NCBI RefSeq assembly: GCF_009914755.1
Contig: NC_060928.1
Strand: one strand, 5' to 3'
DNA: 64,000 nt
Source of the DNA: the human T2T-CHM13v2.0 reference genome, Homo sapiens
Below, one piece after another: positions 30,055-42,381 of the stretch (positions are counted from its first letter, which is position 1; every line of letters begins with the position of its first letter). The position numbers were made by a program, and so were the translations under genes. The notes under the pieces were generated by a model that saw nothing but the letters and a program-made list of their open reading frames with translations, was not told the origin of the DNA and did no database searches.

Positions 30055-32340
30055 TTATTTATTTATTAATTTATGTATCCTCTTTACAACCATTTACCAA
30101 ACTACTACATAACATGTATAATACAAGGAATTACATAACATGTATAAGTGCAAGGAGGATGCAATTATGACAAAACAGATGGCATCCATCTCCTCCATGA
30201 ACCTTGCATTCTAATGCAAGAGACTCACAGATGACTGAGGGTATAACAGGGCATGATATTTTAGATAGGGTAGTAACATAAGGCTATCTTGATAAGTGGA
30301 TTTTTGAACACTGAATAAAGTATAACAGTGAGCGATATGAATATCTGGGAAAGAGCATTCCAGACAAGGAAACTATAAGTATAATGCCCTCGAATGTTTA
30401 TGGAATTGATATATTGGAAGAACAACAAAAAGGACAAACTGGTTGATACAGAGTGATGCAGTGAGATTTGCCATATATGTATATGTGTGAATGCGTGTCC
30501 ATGTGTACATATATAATTTTACATATAAATGTATGTATAAATTTTGGATAAAGTATAATTTTGTTTATATAATTTTACTATGTGCATACAATTTACTTGA
30601 TTCATGTACTTCTCTCTACCATTTTTAAATGGAGTGACAAGACAGTATTATCATTATGCTATACAGTTCTTATGTTATTTCTTGAAGCACATGATGAATA
30701 TGTGGTTGTACCACTTTATGTGACACTTTGCTTGACCCGATAATTTATATTAAATTAATCTAGTTTCTCCATTATAATGTTTTCACTTGGAACATAAGTG
30801 GGTGCAGCGCACCAGCACGGCACATGTATACATATGTAACTAACCTGCACAATGTGCACATGTACCCTAAAATTTAAAGTATAATAAAAAAAAAAAAACA
30901 GAAATACCTCATGAATTAGATTGATATAGAAATAATGGAGAAGGAAAAATGACAGCAAGAATCTGGATGGTCAATTAAGTGAGTGGTGTGCCATTTGCTG
31001 TAATAAGTACACAGAGAGAAGTAGACATTTGGATGATTAAAGCTTCATTCATAAATGGGATTTATTTTTGGTGCATGTTAACATTTAAGCTTTGAAATGA
31101 ATCTGAAATTCGGAGAAAAGCTCAGGAATAGAGATATAAAATTTGAGGGTCATTAGATTGTAGACAGTTTCCTATACAAGTGATTAAAGAAGATAATCTT
31201 AGTAGCAAATACTGTACTAAAAAAGAAGAAGACAAAGACTCAGATACAATATCATAAAACACCTCATGATTTATTGGCTAGAAAAATTATGTGTATTTAA
31301 CTTTTGAGACTGATAAGTAATGGTCATTTAGACGAGATGAAATCCTGCAGGGTGCCATGCATCAAAAGTTGGGAAAGTAAGCACAGAAAACAGGGAGTGG
31401 TTGGCTGGAACAAACATTGCTTAAAGGTCAACTTAAATTGGGAACAAGAACTGACATTTGAATTTGGCAGTGGAAGGTCATTGCTGACCTTGGCAGTGGA
31501 AATTCTCATTCGAGAGATGGATGGAAGAGCTCTTTTGAAATGTCGATTCCAGAGATCACAGGAGAAAAGGAAGTGGAGATACCAAATATAGACAACACTA
31601 GTGAGATATTTATAATGTGAGGTAATAAATAAACCAGTACTTGGAGATGCCTCTTGTGTCAAGACAATTTTGTTGTTGTTGTTGTTTTAAGATGGAATGT
31701 ATTTTATCATATTTACATTCTAATTGGAAGAGCCCAGGAAACAAAGGAAAGTACGCAATGTAGAAGAAAGAAAGGGTGATTATATAAGAAATGGACTAAA
31801 TCGGGAGAGTTTATAATTCTGGTGAGCAAATGGAAAAACTTATTATAGACAGACAGATCCAAGAAATATTCACTCTAATAGAGTTAGGTAGAAAGGCAGA
31901 CTTTTTGGTCAAGGAATATGAGACTAGTTTTCACATTTTCTTCATTTTCTTATAATAAATGTAAATGTCAGTTGAGAATGGGAGGAAAAGAAGGGGTAGT
32001 ATATCTTCATTTGAAGGGTAGTAAAATAACTTGAGCAGTAAAGCATATTAAGAATTGTTGGAACCACTTAGGGTCCACTGAGGTTGAGATAATGTATTTA
32101 GAATGAGACCATGTCGTGTGATTGAGTGCGTGCAATGGCATTCAGATGTTTTCTTGCAGATACTGAAAGAGAGTTACACATTAACAGACTTGAGATTTTG
32201 AAAAGCAACAGATTATTGTGGGAGAGAGAGGCAGGGGAAATAGGTAAGTGAGCAAGCAGAGATTGTAATTGTGGATTAATATGGAGGAAAGTGAGAACAT
32301 GACAGAAATAAATGGGCACTGGAAAGATGGTAAGCTCAAT
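30055..32340 (-). mobile_element. L2 (L2a-like), fragmented
   Basis: atgaatatctgggaaagagcattccagaca; ggcagtggaaggtcattgctgaccttgg; cagaaaacagggagtggt. Confidence 0.7.
30797..30898 (+). mobile_element. ~100-bp 3' end of a young L1 (L1PA2/L1HS-like)
   Basis: agtgggtgcagcgcaccagcacggcacatgtatacatatgtaactaacctgcacaatgtgcacatgtaccctaaaa...agtataat followed by poly(A). Confidence 0.95.
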
Positions 32341-34559
32341 GAATTAAAAATACCTATATCAGATTATTTTTAAAATAAGATATTTCATATATATTTGAAC
32401 TGTTTTATCTACTCACCAATGATCTTACCCTGACATACACAGGCAACCTATATTTAACCACTGACCTGAATTTTATGCTAATGATTTCTGAGTGTGTCTC
32501 TGTAAGTTTACTAAACATATATATCCTTATTTTTAGCCTTTTTACAAATATGTGGTATAATATTTTTTGTATCCTTCTGCAACTACTTGATTTTAAGCTC
32601 AGCTGTGTAATAATTTTGGTTGGTGTTACTTTACTTAGTATTCCTAAATTTGAGAGTCTGATGAATCTTTTTCTACATCACTCAATCTACCATATAGACC
32701 TAATTATGGTAAAAAAAGTATTATTTTAAAATTAGTACTCAACCATCAATTCCTAATTTAAATAATATTTCTTTCCTGGGAATCTTCTCAAATCCTTTGT
32801 CTAGGACTTCTGGCTACTTTTTGTATCTCTAGCATGTAGTTCATATCTCTCTTCCAGAATTTATGGTTTTTTTAATTGTGATACTTATGTATATATATAT
32901 ACAGAATGATTGCTTGCATTTGCATTCATAATACAAATTCTTATTCCAATTCTTATTCTTATCTCTAATATAGAATAATGTAATTGCTACCATTAAACTG
33001 GATTCAGCTTTGTAACTGCAAAAGACAAAAGTCTAGGGGCCTATTGTCAAAGGGTGACTCTTGAATGTTGAGAGGATGGTATCTGTCACTGAGGATTATC
33101 TGGAACTTGATGGCCTGAAGGTGAGAGGAGACAAATCAGGTTCTTACATTTAGAAGAATGTTGAGAGCAACTGTCAAAGTCTTACAGTTGATTATAAACC
33201 ACCTTTTGAAGAGGATCAAAACAGGACAACAAGCATCTGTGGATGACAAAACATAGTACAACAACTACAGTTAGACATAATTGGCAAGGAAATTTGTTAC
33301 CTCTGTGAAACAAAATAATTTAACATAACAATTATAATGATTACTGATAATGTATACTAAGTTATATCGGAATTATAGGGGTTTCACATAATTTTGGAAC
33401 ATGTACCAATAACACATTTATAATGAACAGATTAATGCTTTAATAAAGTTCTGTTGTACTATTACTCCAGTGTTCAACTTACAAAATCCTGAATAATACC
33501 CCTTTGACTTTAGCCAACATGATTATACACAGAATTTCTTTTATGAGATAAACTTTTTACAAACCTTCCACAATGTGCTTAAAACTTTAGCTTTATCCTA
33601 TCTAACTTAAAATAATCCTTTAACCCTCTAAACTAGGCAAAAATATTTACATTCCCATGCCTTCTTATAACCTTTTACAAAAGCACATTTCACTTTCCGT
33701 ACACATCTTCCACTTAAAACTACTTTTCCAGTAGTCTCAAGTACATGTTACACTGTTAACTCTTAGCAACTGTTACTTTTGGTGAAAAACCTGGTAAGTA
33801 AGTGATTCTAATTACAGGCTAGGTGTGAAGCCTAGGACACTAGACAGAAGTGCAGATAAGATGTGAGTCTTTCCAGCATAGCTAGAGGGCATGGGTAACT
33901 CTGTATGTCCCCAGGTCTTGCTTAGAATTTGATGGTTTTAAAACTTGTGCTATTCAGCGTCATAGTAGCACTTTATGACCTTAAGACATTTAGTAGACCC
34001 AATATGCTTTAAAGTTGTATTACATTTCTTTCATAAATTTACTTTCACAAATTTTTTTTACAATGTAAACAGACCATCAACAACATGCTTGAACTTTCTT
34101 TTAAAACAACCAGTCATTTTACTTTAGGACAAGAATTCCCCATACAAGATCCTTTTCTTCATAAAAAATATCTTTTCTTTATAAAACCCCTCTTTACCTA
34201 TGCTTTTGATTAAATACGTCATTTTCCTTCTGTTAGAAAGTTAGGGTTTGTTGCCATGTGAGTCCTGTGAATGAGGAGCAGATAAGGAGGTTATCTGTAC
34301 ACTGTAGAAGTTATCCCCCCTCAAGAGATTCCTTGGTTAGATTTTTGCTAGGGCTTGTTCAAATAAGTGTGGGCTATTTCTAAACCTCTCAGGTAGGACT
34401 GTCCAGATTGAAGTAATTCGTTAAAGATTTAGGTAGCTTTCCCAGGAGAAATAGGGCTGTTAGAGGGAAAGATGAATATAGAGGTCGGGTAAATACTAAG
34501 AAGGCACCCATTTAGAAAGTATATTTTTGGCCCAAAGTGGTGTGAATCTTTTCTCTGGA

Positions 34560-35245
34560 GAGAGAGGGTGCCATTTGCCCCCATTACCCAACAGGATTTG
34601 GAGGAGAGTTGCTCAGGAAAGGAAATTAGCACAGAATAGGAAGCTCTTGAAACCAAAAGGTAAAATTATAATTTTACCTGCTGCCCCTGGAGTTGCCCTT
34701 GGATTTGTACTTTTGATGACAATGTTTAATTTGGAAGCCACCAAGAGCAGAGAGTCCTTTCAGCTCAAGGCCATCAAGGGTTGGGATTCTATCCCAGGGG
34801 CCCTTCAGCTCTCAGGGCAGCCTTTTTTCCAATGGCCTAGCTTGTGGCAGAAGGGCAAGCCATGTGTGGCTTCCTCTTGTTAGTCCTGTCGGGGCAGTTT
34901 GCATTCCAGAAGTCTGGCTTCCCACATCAATTGTAGTTATCTGAAGTAGTGTCCTTAGGGTAACCTGGAGGGGGCTGGAGAGCTTGCAGAGCAGCCAGTA
35001 GGTGAGCCTACCTCTTATTGTGGCATTTTTATTCTCCTTAGCCCTGTTCTCTTTATTTTGCCCTCCGATATAAAGGACTGAGAAGGCTAATTTGAGGATT
35101 TCCTGCATAAATGCACTGGGTTCTAAGGCTGACTTCTGTATTTCCTCCCAGTTTATGTTTAGGTCAAAGAGTATTACAAAGGAAAACTAGTTTTTGTTTT
35201 AAGCCTGGGGATTAAACTTTTCCCAGTTCTTGGGAATGCATCTGA
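34560..35245 (-). pseudogene. gag-pro: Decayed retroviral gag (MA start, CA end, two CCHC knuckles) and protease remnant
   Basis: Minus-strand translations across frameshifts and stops: CIPKNWEKFNPQ..KLVFLCNTL*PKHKL (MA-like); QKSALEP..EILKLAFSVLY (CA end); NYN*CGKPDFWNANCP and FCHKLGHWKKGCP (NC); RASYSVLISFPEQLSSKS (protease-like). Confidence 0.8.
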
Positions 35246-36023
35246 GGGGTATGAAAAAAATGAAAAGGAAAAAGAAGAATTTCCTTCTTATTTTCCTGTT
35301 ATCCTAAATGGGGCATCCTCCCCTTATCCTTAGGGTACCAAAATGAATGGTCTTACTGTGTACCTTTAACCTTGGTCTCATCTGGTCACAATTACCCACT
35401 TGAGAACACAGGAGACACTAGAGTGAACAGAGGGGTCCCCAGTTTGCCCTTGGCACTCTGGAATGAACCAATCTTACTGGGTACCCTAGTCTTGCCTTCA
35501 TCTCTATTCTGTAGTAATCTATTAGCCTGAAACCAATCTTCCTCTCTATCCTATGGGTCTTTTGCACCTGCCGCCTTGGGCCAGCCTACATTCTTGTCTC
35601 CATGACCTTATAGTGACTCCTACTTGGAGCATTCTAGCAAAAAAAATGACTATCTCTTTTCTCAAATTCCAATTTCCCAGGTTTTTTAAGTAGACAAGAA
35701 GCCTGTTTTTCAGCTAACGGGCACAAGGTGGCTGGACTTTCCTCCTGTTGAATATGACCTTGAAGGTCTTGATGCATAATGAAAGGGTGTGGAAGTGATG
35801 AGAGAAATGGGGGCTACTGCAGGAAGTGGGAGGAAGCAAGAAGAATGCTCATGGAAGCCCTCAGATGCTTGAAAAAACAGCAGCCTTGGATTCCAGATGG
35901 CAACATTTATTTGATCTCTTGACATAAAGGGGACTTGGGGCTTGGAGTAAGAACTCACAAATGGCAAAAGAAGAATTTTCCTTTTCCCATAGGAGTGCTA
36001 ACTCAAAAAAAGCAATTAAGTAG

Positions 36024-37979
36024 TGTATTAGTCTGTTTTCATGCTGATGATGAAAACATACCCAGGGCTGGGTAATTTATAAAGAAAAAGAGGTTTAATG
36101 GACTCAGAGTTCCACGAGGCTGGGGAGGCCTCACAATCATGGCAGAAGGTAAAAGGTACATCATACATGGTGGTAGACAAGAGAGAATGAAAGCCAAGCA
36201 AAAGGGGTTTCCCCTTATAAAACCACCAGATCTCATGAGACTTTTTCACTACCATGAGAACAGTATGGGAGAAACCACCCCCCTGAATCAATTTTCTCCC
36301 ACTGGACCCATCCCACAACATGTGGGAATTATGGGAGATACAATTTAAGATGAGATTTGGGTGAGGACACAGCCAAACCAAATCATTCTGCCCCTGGTCC
36401 CTCTCAAATCGCATGTCCTCACATTTCAAAACTAATCATGCCTTCCAAACAGTCCCCCAAAGTCTTAACTCCTTTCAGCATTAACTCAAAAGTTACTTCC
36501 TAGATACAATGAGGGTACAGGCATTAGATAAATACACCTATTCCAAATGGGAGAAATGAGCCAAAATGAAGGGGGCTAAAGGCCCCATGCAAGTCCAAAA
36601 TTCAGCGGCTTTTCCAGGAGCACAGTGCAAGCTGTCTGTCAATCTACCATTCTGGGGTCTGGAGAATGATGACCCTCTTCTGAGAGCTCCACTAGGCAGT
36701 GCCCCAGTGGGACTCTATGTAGGGGCTTCAACCCCACATTTTCCTTCTGGACTACCCTAACAGAGGCTCTCCATGAGGGTCCTGTCCCCAAACTTCTGCC
36801 TGGACATGCAGGCATTTCCAATTCTTGACTTCTATGCACCCACAGGCTTAACACCAAGTGGAAGCTACCAAAACTTGGGGCTTGCACCCTCTGAAGCCAT
36901 GGCCTGAGCTGTACCTTGGCTCTTTTTAGCTATGGCTAGAAAGGTTGTGATGCAGGGCACCAAGTCCTTAGGATACACATAGGAGTGGGACCCTGGGACC
37001 TGCCCATGTAATTAAAGGTCTCTGACATGCCCTGGAGACATTTTCCCCACTGTCTTGAGGATTAACATTTGACTCCTCGTTATTTATGCAAATTTCTGCA
37101 GCTGGATTGAATTTCTCTTCAGAAAATGGGTTTTTTTCTTTTCTATTGCTTCATCAGGCTGCAAATTGTCTGAACTGTTGTGCTCTATTTCCCTTTTAAA
37201 ACTGAATGCTTTTAACAGCACCCAAGTCACCTCTCGACTGCTTTGCTACTTAGAAATTTCTTCCGCTAGATACCCTAAATCATCTCCTTCAAGTTCAAAG
37301 TTCCACAAATCTCTATGGCAGGGGCAAAATGCTACCAGTCTCTTTGCTAAAACATAGAGTCACCTTGTCCAGTTCCCAAGAAGTTCCTCATTTCCATCTG
37401 AGATCGCCTCAGCTGAGATTTCATTGTCCATATCGTTATCAGCATTTCGGTCAAAGGCATTCAACAAGTCTCTAGGAAGTTCCAAACTTTCCCACATTTT
37501 TCTATCTTCTTCTGAGTCCTCTGAATTCTTCCAGCCTCTGCCTGTTGCCCAGTTCCAAAGTCGCTTCCACATTTTTGGGTATCTTTACAGCAGTGCCCCA
37601 GTCTACCATACCAATTTACTGTATTAGTCCATTTTCACACTGTTGATAAAGACATACCCAAGATTGGGTAATTTATAAAGAAAAAGGTTTAATGGACTCA
37701 CAGTTCCATGAGGCTGGGGGAGCCTCACAATCATGGTGGAAGGCAAAAGGCACATCTTACAAGGTGGCAGACAATAGAGAATGAAAGCCAAGTGAATGGG
37801 GTTTCTCCTTATTAAACCATCATATCTCATGAGACTTATTTACTACTAGGAGAACTGTATGGGGGAAACTGCCCCCATGATTCAATGATCTCCCATTGGG
37901 TCCCTCCCACAACATGTGGACATTATGGGAGCTACAATTCAAGATAAGATTTGGGTGGTGACACAACCAAATCATATCA
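36024..37979 (-). mobile_element. THE1B MaLR element with two LTRs (36024-36385 and 37620-37979) and a ~1.23-kb internal region
   Basis: Both LTRs read tgtattagtc...atca with gagagaatgaaagccaag..ggggtttc. Internal ORF 37360..37572 matches THE1-int (LEGSEEDRKMWESLELPRDLLN-like). Decayed TSD agtag/ggtgg. Confidence 0.93.
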
Positions 37980-38796
37980 GGTGGAGTTCTTAAAGGGCCA
38001 GAGTGAGGTCTTAGGGCAGGAGGACAAACTGCTTCAAAAGCTACCAAAACACTTGGCCCTGGAACTTAACAGAGATGAAAAGTGAAAAGCATGTGGTAAG
38101 TCATAAGGAGCTGGCAGAGCTGGGGTTCCAATTAGTGTCTGTCCCAGCAGTGAGCCAGCTGATGAGAAAGTTTTGGACATCATCACAGCTGGTAGGGTAG
38201 AAAGAAATATAAATGTCAGGAGATACAAGCAAGGGAGCCTGTGTCTTTGATCCTGAAAAAATGCAGCAAGAGCAGTGGGTACACGAATAATAGGAAGTGT
38301 GTGTATTTAAGGCAGGGAAGGAAGCGACACGGCATGCCAAATGAAACCAGAGAAGAGACCGACTTGCCCCTGAGGCAGATGGTCTAGCAGATGCACAAGG
38401 GTATTTCAGAATACACACAAAGGAAACAGGAGGATAGGTGTGCAGGTTTTGGGGAAAGAGCCGATTTTAGCTGAAAAAGCAGAGGAAACCCTAGACGTTT
38501 CAGGGATTTAGGCTTTAGCCCTACCACTCTCTTGAGCCTCCTGTTCAGGAGGGCCATAAACATCTCAGGTCATCTCGTCATGGACTCCAAGGTCCTTTCC
38601 ACCCCCAGCAAGCCACCTGTCAGTGTGAACTGAGAGATCAGCTTGGGGGAGTGGAGCCACTGTGGCTGAGAGGGATTGTTGTGAGAGTTGGTTAGCAAGC
38701 AGGAGAATGAAAGAGAAGAAGGAATGTGCACACAGGGGTTGAATGCCTCCAGCCGAAGAAGGCAAAGCATAGAGGGGTCTTACCCCTAGGGAACAT

Positions 38797-38807
38797 ATCC
38801 TAGTCAC
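38797..38807 (-). promoter_or_regulatory. Partial primer-binding site (tRNA-His-like)
   Basis: Minus strand gtgactaggat matches 10 of the last 11 nt of the His PBS TGGTGCCGTGACTCGGAT and lies next to the LTR end. Confidence 0.55.
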
Positions 38808-38809
38808 AC

Positions 38810-39477
38810 TGTATGGCAAATCCATACAGGTCTGCAGCGACTTCAATTCTGGCCTCTTCAAAATAAAGAATTTTACTTAGAGGTGTAAGGCAGAGGGAGA
38901 GACCGAGGCAAGTTTTAGAGCAGGACTGAACATTAAATAGTTTTAGGGCAGGAATGAAAGGAAGTAAACTACACTTGGAAGAGGGCCAAGCGGGTAACTT
39001 GAGGGAGTCAAATGTGTGTGGTTTGATCTCTGACGTGGGGTTTTATTCATTGGCATATAAAACCTTGATTCTTCCCTTGGGGTATGCTGCCCGCGTGTGG
39101 GGTGGCCTGCCAGCACCAAGGAGGGGACACATGGGCAATGTGTTTACTGAAGTTGTACCCATGCTCACTTGAGGCATTCTTCCCTTACCAATCAGGTGTT
39201 CCCATAAGATTAATATCAGCAAACTCTGCCACTTTGCCTCTTAGTGTGCATGTTTGAATCTACTTTCCCAGCTCCTGAGATCTTACTGGGAAGCTGATCA
39301 CCAGTTTCAGGTTTTTCTATTTACTGGGAGACTACGTTTTCCCTGGTGCCAGCTGTGACCATTATTTTATAGAGACAGTTTAACAACCACCTGAACATCA
39401 CTTGATGGTCAGCTGACATTCCTGGTTTGGGGGCCCTCTCCTGCCTGCTCATGTCTGCCTGACTACCTACTGTAACA
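38810..39477 (-). mobile_element. MER50-family 5' LTR
   Basis: Minus strand tgttacagtaggtagtcaggcagacatgagcagg...gaaaaacctgaaactggtgatcagc...aagatctcaggagctggg...cactaagaggcaaa. Confidence 0.87.
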
Positions 39478-39956
39478 TTCTGATGAGGGAGCTTGAAGGC
39501 CAGGTAGCAGGAGAGAGGCAGGAGAGGGAAACGGATGTAAGGTGGGGAAGGACAAACAAGTTTGTACCCACCAGCATCAACTGCAGTCAAAGACGACAGG
39601 CAGAAGTCTGTTTTAGTTATTTCTGCCTCTGATGTTGATGGAAGGAAAGGGGGGCCTTCATTATAAAGGAAAACACATACACCTGGTTCAGGAGTCAAAG
39701 AAGCTGAAGGAGGACCCAAGGGAACGTGGAGCAGTGGTATGCCCATTCACTGTTTCACCACAGAGAAACAACAATGTGCAGAAAGTACAATGTGCAGAAA
39801 GTACACCAATGAGGAACAGAAAGTGGCTGCTGTCTCACTTTTGCCCTACAACTCTCAGACAAGTATCTCTCTCAAGTCCCATACCAACTGGAAACAAACT
39901 GGAAAGAAATTCCGGGAAATGTAGTTTATAAGCTGACACATTGTAAAGCCCTCACA
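39478..39956 (-). mobile_element. ERVL LTR41-like remnant
   Basis: Minus strand tgtgagggctttacaatgtgtcagc...aactacatttcccggaatttctttcc...gtttccagttgg. Confidence 0.6.
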
Positions 39957-41122
39957 AATACTGCATTTCCTTTACTATTTTTCTAGATAAATTATTTTGT
40001 GTACCACATTTCTAGGCTATGTCTACAAATACTTTTCATAAAAGTAGAGTCTAAAATATTTTGTTGTTTTTCAGTACATAGGGGTGATTCACTTCTATAA
40101 ATGAATGCTTCAGTTTTAAATGCATTGGAATATTGAAGAGGGAACATTTCTTGTGTTGCATTCAAATATTTATATTAGAAATGTTCAGTTGTGATATAAT
40201 GACAGAAACAAAAAATTAAAATCTCACAAAATAAAGATTATGATTTCTGTATATTTTCATCCATGCTCCAAAAAGGTAAATTGACTCATGTTTCCACTCT
40301 CTTTGTCACTTGGCCAGTGATTTATAGTACAAAGAGTGAAGATTTTAGAAGGCCCTTCTAGGAGAGCACATTTCCTGCCTCTCTGGAGCCAATATCCAAT
40401 GTGCCTGTAAATTACCGAAATGAGTTACTTATTTAATAATTCAGACCAAAACAAATATTGTCGTCTTTTAACAGCACCACAATTTCCTTTGAAAACTTAT
40501 GTTTTCTGTGTTGGATGCAATTCAAAAGAAAATCTGCCTTTTCCTATCTGAGGGGAAGGTGTGTAGCTCAAGCTAAGATAATCACATTAATATAATAATT
40601 CAAAAAATAATTAATGGTCATGATGACTGCACTTATTTTTAATTCATAACTGGCAAAATATTAATAATATTAATATTCAAAGAAAGCTTTCTCAGGACAA
40701 GGTCTCCATACTCCCAGGCATTTGTATTAACTGATACTCTGCAGAAAATTTATTTTTACCCTGTCAATTCCAGCATTGTAACTGATAACAAAAGGCCAGT
40801 GCTGTAAAATAACTGCAGTTGCACAAAATATGCGCTGGAAAAAAATAAATCCAAAGTGGCATAACATATTCCCTTATATAGAAAATAATCAAACCCAGTC
40901 TAATCTGGTCGAGAGGCTGAAAGCACGTGCTATTTATCATTTAATTTCTTTCACAGATTTAAGTATGCCACATATTGTTTTGTTTTGTATGTAGTGATAG
41001 AGTTTGGCAGTCATATACACTTAGAAGAATTAACAACATCATATAGGAAAAATAGATTCAGAAACTATTTCTATAGGACTGTATTTTGGAGAAAATGAAA
41101 TTGAATATAAGAGCCTTGTAAA

Positions 41123-42381
41123 GTAGTTGTTTTCAAAGTGTGATCTGCAGACTTGCATGGGGATGCCACAAGGTTTTTAGGGGACTGTGAGAGCAAAATT
41201 GTTTTCATATTAATATTAGGATATTTTGTTTTTGTGTTGACATTTGCATTAATATGATAAACTCAATGATGAGTGAGACTACTATTGGCTTAGCTTGAAT
41301 AAAAACGGTGGTACCAAACCCTTCCAGTAGTCACTGTGTTTTTCACCAGGAAGTGCTTCTTGTAAGAAAATAAAAAAAAAAAATAGAAGCCAGTTTTCAT
41401 GGTCCATGAAGATATGAAGATTAATATTAATAAATATTGGCAATAGTGTTCATACATTTCTAATATTGTTTGAAAAAAATTTTAAGTATTAATAAAGTAC
41501 TCATGGTACATAACAAAGTACAATTTTTGCCTTAAGTGAAAGCACTTGTGTGATTGATGTGATAACTGAACTAGTTATCTTTGTAAATGAACCACAATTT
41601 TTACTTGAAAGAATGAGATGACCTGCAGTTATGCAGATTTATGTACTTGGTGGACATTTTCTTGAATATGAACTAAATTAGTTTGACATTGTAAGGAAAA
41701 TAACTTAAAATTTGAACTTACAGCAAACATTAGAATTATGAAAATGGGTATCTGCCATTTTCAGCTTGACAACATCCAATAATTAACATACTTTCTGATG
41801 AGAAAACTATTGAATGCCAATATCTTTATATTGTATTGTGCAATATGTCAACATTTGGATGCATTTATTTTTATGATTCAAAGAACCAAACCCATAGCTT
41901 CCAAATGACCAATGCATTATGTTACAAAATCATGCATGGGTAAAATGTTAATTTAAAATGCATATAAGTGCAGTGGAGTTTAATGTGAAACACTGCAAAA
42001 AGCTCAATACCTCAATAATATGGTTTCAGGTTCTACATTAAAATTAGCTTTTATGATACCATCATTTTTTATGTTTAGGAGTAGTATCCAAGAAAAATAT
42101 CCACAATTATCCAGAAAGACATACTTTAAAGATATCGAGAACTATTCTGATTTTTTTCACTAATTTTTATGTTTAAAATATTTTTCAAAAAAAAGTTAGT
42201 TTTGTTAACATGTAATTAGTTTTTCATTGTTCTAAAGATTATGGTAAATATTTATATTTTTAATATTATCATTTACATTACAAATATTATGTATGTTCCA
42301 CATAAATGCAAATTTATTCAGGTCCTCAACAATTTTTTAAACTTTAAAATATTAATAAGCCTAAAAAGTTTGAGAACCTTT
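41123..42381. mobile_element. Charlie1(a/b)-like hAT DNA transposon, internally deleted
   Basis: TIR-like ends tagttgttttcaaagtgtg and aaaagtttgagaacc; internal gacatttgcatt, ggtggtaccaaac, aaagcacttgtgtgattg, tttttacttgaaagaa. Confidence 0.8.

Larger units (their letters stand above)
33030..38809 (-). mobile_element. ERV1 internal region (MER50-int/MER4-group, non-autonomous), interrupted by THE1B; no 3' LTR seen
   Basis: Abuts the MER50 LTR; PBS remnant, gag/pro remnants, and an AT-rich MER4-int-type spacer (aattttggaacatgtaccaataacacatt). Confidence 0.8.

Noticed and set aside
36028-39931. Dense cluster of overlapping ORFs
   Set aside because: Explained by the higher GC of THE1B, the ERV leader and MER50; no intact retroviral gene.
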